DNA of 50,314 bases from an uncultured Gammaproteobacteria bacterium (GTDB lineage: Bacteria > Patescibacteriota > Patescibacteriia > Magasanikbacterales > UBA922): positions 1-50,314 of the forward strand of contig CAZEYK010000002.1 in the NCBI GenBank assembly GCA_964516055.1, read 5' to 3'. The notes beneath the pieces were generated by a model, which saw only the letters and a list, made by a program, of their open reading frames with translations, was not told the origin of the DNA and ran no database searches. The stretch's first letter is position 1, and each line of letters starts with the position of its first letter. Both the position numbers and the translations under genes were made by a program. Below are positions 1 through 9,382 of this stretch, one piece after another.

Positions 1-84
1 TTAATAATTATGTTATGACTCGGAGGGGTAAATATATGTGGGGCAACAAAAAGTCTCATCGATCCTAAATTTGCCAAAAAGTAC

Positions 85-234
85 ATGGCAAAAAGTCCAA
101 AGGCATGGGTATGGAAAAAAATAGTAGGAGAAGAAAGAGCCCTTAAGGTATTACGGATAGTATTCGCTCCAATAGGAATAGTTGTAGGGATCATACTGCT
201 ATTGTATGGGCTTAGCCTGTTTCTTACCACATAA
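85..234 (+). CDS. possible small single-pass membrane peptide (49 aa)
   Basis: Hand-translated ORF below the ORF-track size cutoff: MAKSPKAWVWKKIVGEERALKVLRIVFAPIGIVVGIILLLYGLSLFLTT. It has one hydrophobic helix and stops just before the hairpin terminator. There is no SD at this ATG. Confidence 0.2.
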   Translation: MAKSPKAWVWKKIVGEERALKVLRIVFAPIGIVVGIILLLYGLSLFLTT

Positions 235-235
235 A

Positions 236-273
236 CAAAAAAATACCGGGTAAACACCGGTATTATTTTTTAT
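236..273. terminator. bidirectional intrinsic terminator
   Basis: Stem ATACCGG (243-249) / CCGGTAT (257-263), with an A-run upstream and a T-run downstream. It lies between convergent ORFs. Confidence 0.6.
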
Positions 274-2066
274 TGCAATAATGATACTGTATTTTCCAAT
301 TCATCAACCTGCTTTTGTTGATCAAACCAGGTTTCTTCTGCCATATGTAACGCATGAGTCACATCAGCAAGTTCATCTTGTTTTACCCGAGAAAATGTTC
401 CTGTGTGCTTTTCAAACCAATCCATCAGCTGTTGCTTGCGTCGTTCTAGCTCCATCAGTTCTTCCTCTGTTGCACGAAGGATTTTTTTTGCTTCTTTCAA
501 TTCATTACGAACAGCAATACGCTCCGCCTTCTTTTCTTGTTCAGGGAGACTCTTCGTTTCTTGAACCACCTGTTTAATATGGAGTGTCTCTTTGAGGTGA
601 TACACATAATTTTCATAATCATGATAATACCGCTTCACCCGACCATTTCCAACAGTAATAATACTCGTTGCCACAGTATTTACAAATGTTCGGTTATGAC
701 TCACAAACAAGAGCGTCGTATTGCACTCAGCAAGTGCCTCAGACAATGCTTCCACTGTTTCAAAATCAAGATGGTTCGTTGGTTCGTCAAGAAGAAGCAC
801 CTCATGCTTTTGTAAAAGCAATCCAGCAAGGCACAATCGTGATTTTTCTCCACCACTAAGCACTGATATGGGTTTTTTTAAATCATCATCTCGAAACAAA
901 AAATTCCCCGCCATCTGAAATATCTCTTGATCACTTACCTCAGGTCCTGCCATTGCTTGAAGATGAGATTCTATTTGCATTTTTGGATCAAGCATCTCCG
1001 GAACATGTTGCGCATAATATCCAACAGAAATATGAGGACCAAACATTGCTGATCCTGATATGGGGGAAAGTTCCCCGGCAATCGTTTTCAAAAGGGTACT
1101 TTTTCCTTGCCCATTATCTCCCACAATAGCCACACGTTCTCCTCGATCAATATGAAACGTAACGTCTGCCGCAACAACGTTGTTTGGGTAACCAATGGTT
1201 AATGATTCAACAGAAAGTGCGGTTCCTTTTTTGTCCTTTACCAGCGGAATATGAATCGTACTTATCCGTTCGGGAGCCGCGATTTCCATGGTTTGTAATT
1301 TTTCAAGCTGCTTTAATTTTGATTGTGCTTGAGATGCTTTCGATGCTTTGTACCGAAATCGATCAACAAAGGATTGCAAATGCCGCTGCTCTTTGGCAAT
1401 TTTTTTATTATATCGTTTGGCAAATTCTTCTTGCTGTACTTTGTATGCCAAATATTCTTCCAATGTTTGTGGAAAATACGTAGATTTTCTATGAGCAATT
1501 TCCAAAATGCTGGTACACGTCTTATTCAAAAATTCTCGATCATGAGAAATAAGTAAAAAACTTCCAGAAAATTGTTGCAAAAATTGTTCGAGAAGCAATA
1601 TGGTTGAAAGATCCAAATAGTTCGTTGGCTCATCCAAAAGGAGTAAATTTGGATCAGTAAGTAAGACATCAACAACTTTGACACGCATTTGATATCCTCC
1701 AGAAAATGAGCCAATCTTCGTTGTTAATTGTTCATGTTTCAAATCAAACTGGCCTGCGAGTTTGGCACATGCCCATTCTTCCTTGCCACTCGAGCGCATT
1801 AAAAAATTGATTACCGTTTCTTCAGGATCAAATGGATCCACTTGTTGGCGGATATAACCAATGCGTGTATGAGCATGAATATTTACCTCACCCGAATCAG
1901 CAGGTTCAAATCCCATAATAATTTGAAACAGTGTAGATTTCCCCGCACCATTTCTTCCTACCACCCCAATATGTTGACGATCAGAAACCGAAAGCGTCAA
2001 TCCGTCAAAAAGGGGAATGATATCGTAGCATTTCGTAAGATTGTTGACTTGCAGGAGAATAGGCAT
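270..2066 (-). CDS. ABC-F family ATPase (tandem NBDs, no TM domain; EttA/Uup/YbiT-like translation factor class)
   Basis: Two full ABC cassettes: GRNGAGKST...LSGGYQMRV...LLLLDEPTNYLD and GDNGQGKST...LSGGEKSRL...LLLDEPTNHLD. A charged linker and a C-terminal coiled-coil tail are present. No membrane segments. Confidence 0.9.
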   Translation of the reverse strand: MPILLQVNNLTKCYDIIPLFDGLTLSVSDRQHIGVVGRNGAGKSTLFQIIMGFEPADSGEVNIHAHTRIGYIRQQVDPFDPEETVINFLMRSSGKEEWACAKLAGQFDLKHEQLTTKIGSFSGGYQMRVKVVDVLLTDPNLLLLDEPTNYLDLSTILLLEQFLQQFSGSFLLISHDREFLNKTCTSILEIAHRKSTYFPQTLEEYLAYKVQQEEFAKRYNKKIAKEQRHLQSFVDRFRYKASKASQAQSKLKQLEKLQTMEIAAPERISTIHIPLVKDKKGTALSVESLTIGYPNNVVAADVTFHIDRGERVAIVGDNGQGKSTLLKTIAGELSPISGSAMFGPHISVGYYAQHVPEMLDPKMQIESHLQAMAGPEVSDQEIFQMAGNFLFRDDDLKKPISVLSGGEKSRLCLAGLLLQKHEVLLLDEPTNHLDFETVEALSEALAECNTTLLFVSHNRTFVNTVATSIITVGNGRVKRYYHDYENYVYHLKETLHIKQVVQETKSLPEQEKKAERIAVRNELKEAKKILRATEEELMELERRKQQLMDWFEKHTGTFSRVKQDELADVTHALHMAEETWFDQQKQVDELENTVSLLQ

Positions 2067-2223
2067 ATATATGAGAGCATGCTAGCAGAAAAAAAACAAA
2101 GAATAAAGGACGTTGGGGAATACCCACTGTTATGATGAACAGAACAAAGACATGTTGGAAAGAATAAAAAACAAGAGAATAACGCGCTATACACGGATTT
2201 TTATTTATCAGAAAAAGAGAGTG

Positions 2224-2232
2224 TGATATAAT
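2224..2232 (+). promoter_or_regulatory. extended -10 promoter element (TGaTATAAT)
   Basis: TG-N-TATAAT lies 26 nt upstream of the 2258 ATG. The -35 region is weak (TTTATC). Confidence 0.4.
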
Positions 2233-2257
2233 TTAATCTATAGATAACCACAAACAA

Positions 2258-3619
2258 ATGGCAAAAAAAACATTTACCGAAGCATACATTGTTACCGTAG
2301 ACATGGGATACGGACATCAACGAGCAGTGTATCCACTCAAAGGTATTGCGGCAACTCCCGTTGGATGGAAAGAGAAAAACCCCATTATTAGTGCAAATAA
2401 CTATGCCGGAATTCCCATAAGTGATAGAACAAAGTGGGAAGGAGGGAGAAAATTGTACGAAACAGTTTCCCGCATGAAAGGAATTCCCATCATTGGAAAT
2501 TGGATTTTTGGTATCATGGATTATCTTCAGCGCATTGAGCCATTTTATCCAAAAAGAGATTTATCAAAACCAACTGCACAGCTAAAACAAGTGTATGGCA
2601 TGGTAAAAGGGGGAATGGGAAAACATCTCATTGATACGTTAAACAAAAAACCAGTGCCATATATTACTTCTTTTTTTACAACAGCATTTTTTGCCGAAGT
2701 TCATGGCTATAAAGGACCAATCTACTGTTTATGTACCGATACAGATATCAGTAGGGCATGGGTATCACCAAAACCCAAAAAAAGTAAAATCATTTACTTC
2801 GCGCCAAACTATCGTGTCAAAGAGCGTCTAAAGTGTTATGGTGTACAAGAAAAAAATATTCATGTAACGGGATTTCCACTTCCAAAAGAAAATATAGACG
2901 AAGAACATAAAGAAAAAATATTGAAAATTGCTCTAGGAGATAGAATCCAAAAACTCGATCCAGAGAAAAAATTTCAACAAAAATATCAGAAAACCATAGA
3001 ACAATATCTTGGAGATAGATATTGTAAACGAAAAGTCAAAAGACCTCTCACTATTATGTTTGCGGTAGGAGGGGCTGGTGCACAACGAGAAATTGGCGCA
3101 ACCATTTTACGAAGCCTTAAGGATCATATCAATAACGGGGAAGTGCGACTCTTTCTTGTGGCTGGTTCCAGAAATGACGTATATAGATATTACGAAAGTG
3201 TGCTAGAATCTCACTGCAAAAAAAATGTCTGCGGCATTGGCGTCCAAATTATTTATGCCGAGAAAAAAATGGATTATTTTTCCAAAATGAGCAAAGCGTT
3301 AAACGAAACAGATATTATTTGGACCAAACCAAGTGAAATGTCATTTTATGCCGGACTCGGGCTTCCTATCATTATGTCGCCAACCATTGGGTCACAAGAA
3401 AAATTCAATCGTTCTTGGTTACATAACATCGGTGCTGGATTTGAACAAGAAGACCCTCAATACACCCATGAGTGGCTGTTTGATTGGCTAGAAACAGGAT
3501 GGCTTGCTCAGGCGGCTATGGAAGGATATCTGGATGCTCCTCGCCACGGAACATATCTTATTGAAGATATTGTGTTACGAGGAAAAGTACGTCAAATCAA
3601 AGATACCAATTTGTTATAG
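2258..3619 (+). CDS. GT-B fold glycosyltransferase, MGDG-synthase/UgtP-like (GT28-type)
   Basis: N-terminal DMGYGHQRA (G-x-GH motif), VTGFPLP, VGGAGAQ, and C-terminal TKPSEMSFYAGLGLPII...GSQEKFN. This matches the diacylglycerol glycosyltransferase pattern (TKPGG..EA...P.I....PGQE..N). Confidence 0.6.
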   Translation: MAKKTFTEAYIVTVDMGYGHQRAVYPLKGIAATPVGWKEKNPIISANNYAGIPISDRTKWEGGRKLYETVSRMKGIPIIGNWIFGIMDYLQRIEPFYPKRDLSKPTAQLKQVYGMVKGGMGKHLIDTLNKKPVPYITSFFTTAFFAEVHGYKGPIYCLCTDTDISRAWVSPKPKKSKIIYFAPNYRVKERLKCYGVQEKNIHVTGFPLPKENIDEEHKEKILKIALGDRIQKLDPEKKFQQKYQKTIEQYLGDRYCKRKVKRPLTIMFAVGGAGAQREIGATILRSLKDHINNGEVRLFLVAGSRNDVYRYYESVLESHCKKNVCGIGVQIIYAEKKMDYFSKMSKALNETDIIWTKPSEMSFYAGLGLPIIMSPTIGSQEKFNRSWLHNIGAGFEQEDPQYTHEWLFDWLETGWLAQAAMEGYLDAPRHGTYLIEDIVLRGKVRQIKDTNLL

Positions 3620-3651
3620 GAAATATACTATATAGTAATAGTTAATTGTTG

Positions 3652-4575
3652 ATGTTTATGCTCTGGTTTTTTATTGCTCTTCTTGGATATGTTCTCCTCG
3701 CTATCGCGTTTATCCTCGACAAATTTATTCTCACGGAATCAGTAGACAATCCTGTTGTTTATACCTTTTATTCTACAATCGTCATGTTTGGCGCAGTATT
3801 GTTATTTCCATTTATGGGGTTTCAATGGCTTAATGGGGTCAATTGGTTATGGGCAATATTGTCTGGTGTTTCATTTGGGTTTGGACTGTTGATGTTGTAT
3901 AAAGCATTACAAAAAGGAGAATCATCACACATTCAGCCATTTAACGGAGCTATCATTACCATCACAACATTCACGATTGCCTCGTACACACTGGGCGAAA
4001 CACTTACGCTAGCACAAAAAATAGGAGTGGGTATCCTTATCATTTCATCATTACTTTTATCATTTGAAAAAAGCCGAAAGCATAATGGGTTCCATATAGG
4101 ATTTGTATGGGCCGCTATTTCAGGAGTATTATTTGGTGTTTCTCACCTTAGTGCAAAATATTTATATACTATATATGATTTTTGGCCAGCATTCACGTGG
4201 ACAAGAGCCACAACAGGACTCGTTGGACTACTTTGTCTTGCCTATCCTTCAGTAAGAAATACGTTCAAAAAAGGAAAACAGAAAAATGAAAAAAAACAAA
4301 CCAGTGCCAAAAAATATGCAGTACCGATTATTATGGTCAATAAAATATTTGCAATGGGCGCAGTAGTCATTATTCAATACGCGGCTGCTATTGGAAGTGT
4401 GACACTCGTATTTGCTCTCAGCGGATTACAATATGCACTCATGTTTGTGATAATTTTAGTGCTAAGCAAATGGTTCAAATCACTGTTTAACGAATATTTC
4501 ACCAAACGAGAGCTTGTCATTGAAACGATTGCTATTATATTGGTTATAATAGGATCTGCCCTATTTGTATTTTAA
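3652..4575 (+). CDS. DMT-superfamily (EamA-like) polytopic membrane protein
   Basis: About 10 hydrophobic helices in two halves separated by a basic loop (KKGKQKNEKKQTSAKK). The ORF opens at TTG 3646; the first ATG is at 3652. Confidence 0.5.
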   Translation: MFMLWFFIALLGYVLLAIAFILDKFILTESVDNPVVYTFYSTIVMFGAVLLFPFMGFQWLNGVNWLWAILSGVSFGFGLLMLYKALQKGESSHIQPFNGAIITITTFTIASYTLGETLTLAQKIGVGILIISSLLLSFEKSRKHNGFHIGFVWAAISGVLFGVSHLSAKYLYTIYDFWPAFTWTRATTGLVGLLCLAYPSVRNTFKKGKQKNEKKQTSAKKYAVPIIMVNKIFAMGAVVIIQYAAAIGSVTLVFALSGLQYALMFVIILVLSKWFKSLFNEYFTKRELVIETIAIILVIIGSALFVF

Positions 4576-4602
4576 ATATCCCCTCGTTGTTTCTACCCTA
4601 AT

Positions 4603-5592
4603 ATGAAAATTTTGAAACGTATCCTCTTGTTTTTTGGTATCACAGTCATAATACTTTATGCTGTGCTATGGATAGTAAGTCAAAAAACATACTCAGTTGA
4701 ATTTGGGATTAGCTTCAACCAAAATCATGCAGAATCACTTGGACTTGATTGGAAAAAAGTCTATACGGACATGTTAGAAGAACTCTCACCAAAATATATT
4801 CGTATTGCCGCCATGTGGAGTCAAATAGAAGCAGTAAAAACAGAATTCAACTTCGACGATGTTGATTTTATGATGGAAAAAGCAAAAGAACATGGCACAA
4901 AAGTTGTTCTCGTTGTCGGACAAAAAGCACCACGCTGGCCAGAATGTCATGTCCCTGGATGGCTTGATTACAGTCAAGAAGAATCACGTAATCACCTCTC
5001 AACATATATTACAAAGGTAGTAGAACGATACAAAGATAACGAAGCATTAGAAATGTGGCAAGTAGAAAATGAACCATACATCCGTTTTGTTTTTGGTGAA
5101 TGTACAGGCTATGATAAAGAGTTCGTTGCAGATGAAATAGCGTTGGTAAAAAAACTCGATCCACAGCATAAAATTATGATAACAGATAGTGGAGAGCTTG
5201 CGAGTTGGCACCAGGCGAGCAAAGCTGGAGATGTATTTGGTACCACCTTATACCGAATTGTCAAAACACCAAAAGGGCATATATTTACCTATGATTTTCT
5301 TCCTCCTGCATTTTATAGATGGAAAGCATTTTTTTGGGGAGTAGAATTACAAGATTTTTTCATTGCCGAACTCCAAGCAGAACCGTGGTTTTCGGATAGT
5401 ACACCAATGGATACTCCAATCGTTGAGCAAGAACAAACCATGAATCCCGAACGTCTCAAACAACATTTATTGTATGCACAAAAAATAGGGTCCCCACGAG
5501 CCTACCTGTGGGGAGTAGAATGGTGGTACTATATGAATCAGGCACATAACGATAATAGATATTGGAATATCGTAAAAGAAGCAATACAATAA
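4603..5592 (+). CDS. membrane-anchored glycoside hydrolase, clan GH-A (cellulase/GH5-like TIM barrel)
   Basis: N-terminal TM anchor (ILLFFGITVIILYAVLWIV). WQVENEPY carries the clan GH-A acid/base N-E-P motif. AELQAEPW is a candidate nucleophile strand. Confidence 0.55.
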   Translation: MKILKRILLFFGITVIILYAVLWIVSQKTYSVEFGISFNQNHAESLGLDWKKVYTDMLEELSPKYIRIAAMWSQIEAVKTEFNFDDVDFMMEKAKEHGTKVVLVVGQKAPRWPECHVPGWLDYSQEESRNHLSTYITKVVERYKDNEALEMWQVENEPYIRFVFGECTGYDKEFVADEIALVKKLDPQHKIMITDSGELASWHQASKAGDVFGTTLYRIVKTPKGHIFTYDFLPPAFYRWKAFFWGVELQDFFIAELQAEPWFSDSTPMDTPIVEQEQTMNPERLKQHLLYAQKIGSPRAYLWGVEWWYYMNQAHNDNRYWNIVKEAIQ

Positions 5593-5617
5593 GAAAAACC
5601 GCTTACTGCGGTTTTTC
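5593..5617 (+). terminator. intrinsic terminator
   Basis: AACCGC (5597-5602) / GCGGTT (5608-5613) hairpin followed by TTTTT. Confidence 0.7.
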
Positions 5618-5686
5618 TTATTCATTACATACCATTCATTTTTCTTTTATAAAAAAATACCCTGTAATGATACAAGATATTTTTTT

Positions 5687-5703
5687 GTACGCGCCAAGGG
5701 ATT
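5687..5703 (-). repeat. 17-nt exact duplicate of the tRNA-Val 3' end
   Basis: GTACGCGCCAAGGGATT at 5687-5703 is identical to 5799-5815 (T-arm 3' half, acceptor 3' strand and 2 flanking nt of the tRNA). Confidence 0.85.
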
Positions 5704-5760
5704 TACCACTTCGCTACGCTGCGTGGCATAAACTTCTCATCTTCACGGCACGTACCATAC

Positions 5761-5785
5761 AAAAACAGGACTCTGATGAGTCCTG
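5761..5785 (-). terminator. intrinsic terminator downstream of tRNA-Val
   Basis: CAGGACTC (5766-5773) / GAGTCCTG (5778-5785), an 8-bp stem. On the minus strand it is followed by UUUUU. Confidence 0.7.
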
Positions 5786-5799
5786 CCTTTGCATAGTAG

Positions 5800-5873
5800 T
5801 ACGCGCCAAGGGATTCGAACCCCTGACCCTCTCGGTGTAAACGAGATGCTCTAACCAACTGAGCTAGGCGCGC
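5800..5873 (-). tRNA. tRNA-Val (anticodon UAC)
   Basis: The reverse complement folds as a cloverleaf: GCGCGCC/TA/GCTC-AGTTGGTTA-GAGC/A/TCTCG-TTTACAC-CGAGA/GGGTC/AGGGG-TTCGAAT-CCCTT/GGCGCGT/A. G1:U72 is a wobble pair. CCA is not encoded. Confidence 0.93.
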
Positions 5874-5962
5874 ATGATGAAATACGAAAACAGTATATCT
5901 CATCATAAAGTATTTGTCAATAATATTATTTCAGTCTATATATATGATATAATGCATGTTAT

Positions 5963-7144
5963 ATGAACAACTATATTCGATTGAACAACGAACAACTACC
6001 ACGAAAACATAATGGCATTTTTAGAAAAAATATTTCCCTATGGGAAGCCACCGCACTTTTAGTGCCCATTGGCGCTGGAGTACTTGGTATTCCATATGCT
6101 GTCGCCCAGGTAGGGCTTTTTATTGGCATATTGTACATTATTATCCTTGGAGGAATCATGATGGCGTTGAATTTGCTTGTTGGAGAAATCATGGTACGAA
6201 CAAAAGGAAAGAAACAACTTGTCGGATTGGCAAAAAGATATTTAGGAACAACAGGACAAGTATTCATGTCAGTCATTATCTATCTCGGCTTATTTGGCAC
6301 ACTGGTTGTATATATTATTGGTATAGGAGAATCACTCGCAACTATTTTTTCCGGAGGGGCATTTTTTTGGAGTACAGTATTTTTTTTGTTAGGGAGTATT
6401 GTAATTTTTATTGGGTTACGAACCATAAAAAAAATAGAATTTCTCCTAATACTTGGAGTACTTGTTATCGTGGGAGTCATCGCAATTTTTTCGACACCGT
6501 ATGTCGCTCTTCCACACATTACCTATACCAATTGGGGTGCTCTACTATTTCCATACGGAGTTATTCTCTTTGCATTTCATGGTACCACCTCCATTCCAGA
6601 AGCACATAGTCTACTTATTCATAAATCACACATACTCAAAAAGGCCTTAATATACGCCATGCTTATTGCTATGTGTATTTATGCGGTATTTGCCGTAATT
6701 GTGGTTGGAGTAACAGGAACACAGACCACAGGAATTGCCACCATTGGATTGGGGCTCGCGATTGGTCCCAGTATGTTATTGTTTGGTAATCTGTTTGCGG
6801 TACTCGCTATGGGATCAAGTTTCCTCATGGTTGGTGTAGCACTTCGTGATTCATTTGTGTGGGACATAAAGATACCTCAAACGCTTGCCTCATTTTTAGT
6901 ATGCGGTATTCCATTTCTTATTTTTCTATTAGGGCTCAGACAGTTTATTACTGCTGTTGATATTGTTGGAGGACTTTTTGGAAGTATGGAATTTGTGTTA
7001 TTGCTATTGATATATTATCAAGCAAAGAGAAAAGGCGATCTTCCTGTTGGCAAATATAAACTTCATCATACGGCCATCGTTGCCATATTACTGTTTGCCA
7101 TGTTTGCCGTGGGAACAGTGATGAGTCTCATGAAATTATTCTAA
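5963..7144 (+). CDS. amino acid permease (Aa_trans / aromatic amino acid permease-like)
   Basis: About 11 TM helices. The N-terminal WEATALLVPIGAGVLGIPYAVAQVG is typical of this transporter class. Confidence 0.65.
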   Translation: MNNYIRLNNEQLPRKHNGIFRKNISLWEATALLVPIGAGVLGIPYAVAQVGLFIGILYIIILGGIMMALNLLVGEIMVRTKGKKQLVGLAKRYLGTTGQVFMSVIIYLGLFGTLVVYIIGIGESLATIFSGGAFFWSTVFFLLGSIVIFIGLRTIKKIEFLLILGVLVIVGVIAIFSTPYVALPHITYTNWGALLFPYGVILFAFHGTTSIPEAHSLLIHKSHILKKALIYAMLIAMCIYAVFAVIVVGVTGTQTTGIATIGLGLAIGPSMLLFGNLFAVLAMGSSFLMVGVALRDSFVWDIKIPQTLASFLVCGIPFLIFLLGLRQFITAVDIVGGLFGSMEFVLLLLIYYQAKRKGDLPVGKYKLHHTAIVAILLFAMFAVGTVMSLMKLF

Positions 7145-7145
7145 T

Positions 7146-7997
7146 ATGTCCACGATAATAAAAAAGATAATTATCATACAGGCGTTGTTGCTCTGTTTCT
7201 TATTGTTCATTTTTGGCTACACAAGTAATAAAAAACAAGAACATGCACAACAAACAACCACCACGAATCAAGAATTTTCAGCAACAGAACAGGATAATGA
7301 AAACACGTCACAGACTGATCAAACAATAGACACAGAAACATTCACAATGCCTATTTTAGGTTTTCATCATATTGGCATTGCCCCCGCGAGTCTAAGCAGT
7401 AGCGCAAAAGAATGGTACGTCTCTACACAGAAGTTTATTGAAATACTTGATCTGGTTGCTCAATATGAATATACGCCAATTACGGCTGCAGATCTTGTGA
7501 CAGCATTTGAAACTAAGCATATTGCCAATAAACCGATTATGATCACCTTCGATGACGGAAACATTGATTTTTACACCACCGTATTTCCTATTATAAAAGA
7601 GCGAAACATCCCGGTGACTCTTGCTATCATGACTGGGGTCGGAGGAAAAAATTACGTAATAAAAGAACAGCTCAAAGAAATGAACGAATCAGGACTCGTT
7701 GATATTCAATCCCATACAAAATACCACGCATACCTCACCAGAATTTCAAAAGAAGAACGAATGCCAGAATTGCAAGACAGCAAAGCATTTATCGAAAATC
7801 TGTTAGGAAAAAAAGCGGATGTCTTATTTTATCCATTTGGATTGCACGATGACGATGTTATCACCGATGCGCAAGAAGCCGGCTATACACTCGGGGTAAC
7901 CATTATTCCCTCCACCACACAATATATCAATAAGCCATTTGAGCTACAGAGAAATTTGATCGTAGAATACACCAACGTACAAGCACTCCTTGAATAA
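7146..7997 (+). CDS. polysaccharide deacetylase (NodB/CE4) with N-terminal anchor
   Basis: ITFDDGN (the TFDDG metal/catalytic motif) and IQSHTKYH (H-x-x-x-H). N-terminal hydrophobic helix followed by a Q/T-rich linker. Confidence 0.8.
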   Translation: MSTIIKKIIIIQALLLCFLLFIFGYTSNKKQEHAQQTTTTNQEFSATEQDNENTSQTDQTIDTETFTMPILGFHHIGIAPASLSSSAKEWYVSTQKFIEILDLVAQYEYTPITAADLVTAFETKHIANKPIMITFDDGNIDFYTTVFPIIKERNIPVTLAIMTGVGGKNYVIKEQLKEMNESGLVDIQSHTKYHAYLTRISKEERMPELQDSKAFIENLLGKKADVLFYPFGLHDDDVITDAQEAGYTLGVTIIPSTTQYINKPFELQRNLIVEYTNVQALLE

Positions 7998-8012
7998 CAC
8001 GAGTAACATATA

Positions 8013-8042
8013 TTGATACACAATCAATGTATGCGGTATACT
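8013..8042 (+). promoter_or_regulatory. sigma70-like promoter for metK (TTGATA-N18-TATACT)
   Basis: -35 at 8013-8018 and -10 at 8037-8042. This would give a ~150-nt leader before the metK ATG. Confidence 0.45.
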
Positions 8043-8199
8043 ATGCGGAACTGAGTATGACCGATGGTGTTCGTTGTTGGTTGGTTGTATGTTGCCGTGG
8101 TCGATAGCGACATTACTGCCCAACAACGTCCGTCTTTATAAAAGACTTCCTATCTTCTCATACACAGCAAACTCTATTCACATATATAGCTGTGTTTTT

Positions 8200-9369
8200 A
8201 TGATATCAAACAATTATTTTTTTACGTCAGAATCTGTGTCAGAAGGACATCCAGACAAAGTCGCCGATCAAATTTCAGATGCCATTCTCGATGAATGTCT
8301 CAAGCAAGACCCACACTCACGGGTTGCTTGCGAAACACTTGTAACCACTGGGCTCGTTGTTATCGCTGGAGAAATTACAACCAAGGCAACGATAAACATG
8401 AACAAAATTGCTCGGAATACGATTAACGACATTGGTTATACCAAAGGAGATTTTCGTTTTGATGGACATTCTTGCGGAGTGATTGTCTCTATAGATGAAC
8501 AATCACCAGACATTGCTCAAGGAGTAAACGAAGGAGAGGGGATAGACAAAAATCAAGGAGCAGGAGATCAAGGAATTATGTTTGGATATGCCTGCAATGA
8601 AACACAGGAACTCATGCCCGCAACAGCAGTCTATGCGCATAAGCTCCTCATGAAATTGGCAGAACAACGTCGATCAGGAGAAATTGTCTGGCTTCGTCCA
8701 GATGCAAAATCACAAGTGACTGCCGAGTACAACGAAGCAGGGGTATTGCAGCGTATTAGCTCCATTGTTGTTTCAACACAACACGATCCAACTGTTACAC
8801 TCGAAGAGATCAAACAAACCGTTATTGAAAAAACAATTAAACAAGTAATCCCTGCCGAATTACTTGATGAAAATACGATATATCATATCAACCCAACAGG
8901 ACTCTTTGTTCTTGGGGGGCCACATGCAGACAGTGGATTAACAGGAAGAAAAATTATCGTCGATACCTATGGTGGACATGGACGACACGGTGGGGGAGCC
9001 TTTTCTGGGAAAGATCCATCAAAAGTAGATCGAAGCGCTGCCTACTACGCACGTTACATGGCAAAAAACGTTGTCGCCTCAGGACTTGCCAAAAAATGTG
9101 AAATTCAACTTGCCTACGCCATTGGCGTATCAAAACCAGTATCAATTCACGTAAACACGTTTGGAACAGGTTCAGTGAGCGATCGAAACATAGAAAAAGT
9201 ACTTAGCAGCGTATTCGATCCACGACCAGCAATAATTATTTCAGAGCTCAATCTGCTCAAGCCAATCTACAAAAAAACGGCAGCGTATGGGCACTTTGGG
9301 AGACCAGAATTTAGCTGGGAACAGACAGACCGAGTTGACGCACTCAAACAGGCAGTGCAAGAAAGCTAG
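8200..9369 (+). CDS. metK: S-adenosylmethionine synthetase
   Basis: [53 protein letters not shown]. The start is set at the ATG giving [13 protein letters not shown]; the 42-codon upstream extension in the ORF track has no MetK counterpart. Confidence 0.95.
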   Translation: MISNNYFFTSESVSEGHPDKVADQISDAILDECLKQDPHSRVACETLVTTGLVVIAGEITTKATINMNKIARNTINDIGYTKGDFRFDGHSCGVIVSIDEQSPDIAQGVNEGEGIDKNQGAGDQGIMFGYACNETQELMPATAVYAHKLLMKLAEQRRSGEIVWLRPDAKSQVTAEYNEAGVLQRISSIVVSTQHDPTVTLEEIKQTVIEKTIKQVIPAELLDENTIYHINPTGLFVLGGPHADSGLTGRKIIVDTYGGHGRHGGGAFSGKDPSKVDRSAAYYARYMAKNVVASGLAKKCEIQLAYAIGVSKPVSIHVNTFGTGSVSDRNIEKVLSSVFDPRPAIIISELNLLKPIYKKTAAYGHFGRPEFSWEQTDRVDALKQAVQES

Positions 9370-9382
9370 AAAATAATAAAAC

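Noticed and set aside
5687-5757. A second tRNA gene downstream of tRNA-Val
   Set aside because: A 9-bp terminal stem and the shared 3' 17-mer are present, but I could not fold a D-arm, anticodon arm or T-loop (GTTCGAATC is replaced by GGTAAATC). I treat it as a remnant.
6040-6609. 189-aa alternative-frame ORF inside the amino-acid permease
   Set aside because: It is Arg/Trp/Cys/His-rich nonsense typical of an off-frame read of a membrane protein gene.
8074-8199. 42-codon N-terminal extension of metK in the ORF track
   Set aside because: It has no counterpart in MetK. The conserved N-terminus begins at the ATG at 8200, and the extension overlaps the predicted structured leader.
8043-8199. 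metK leader as a SAM-I, SAM-II/V, SAM-III (SMK) or SAM-VI riboswitch
   Set aside because: I could not find the conserved cores of these classes by eye. I retained it only as an unclassified structured leader.
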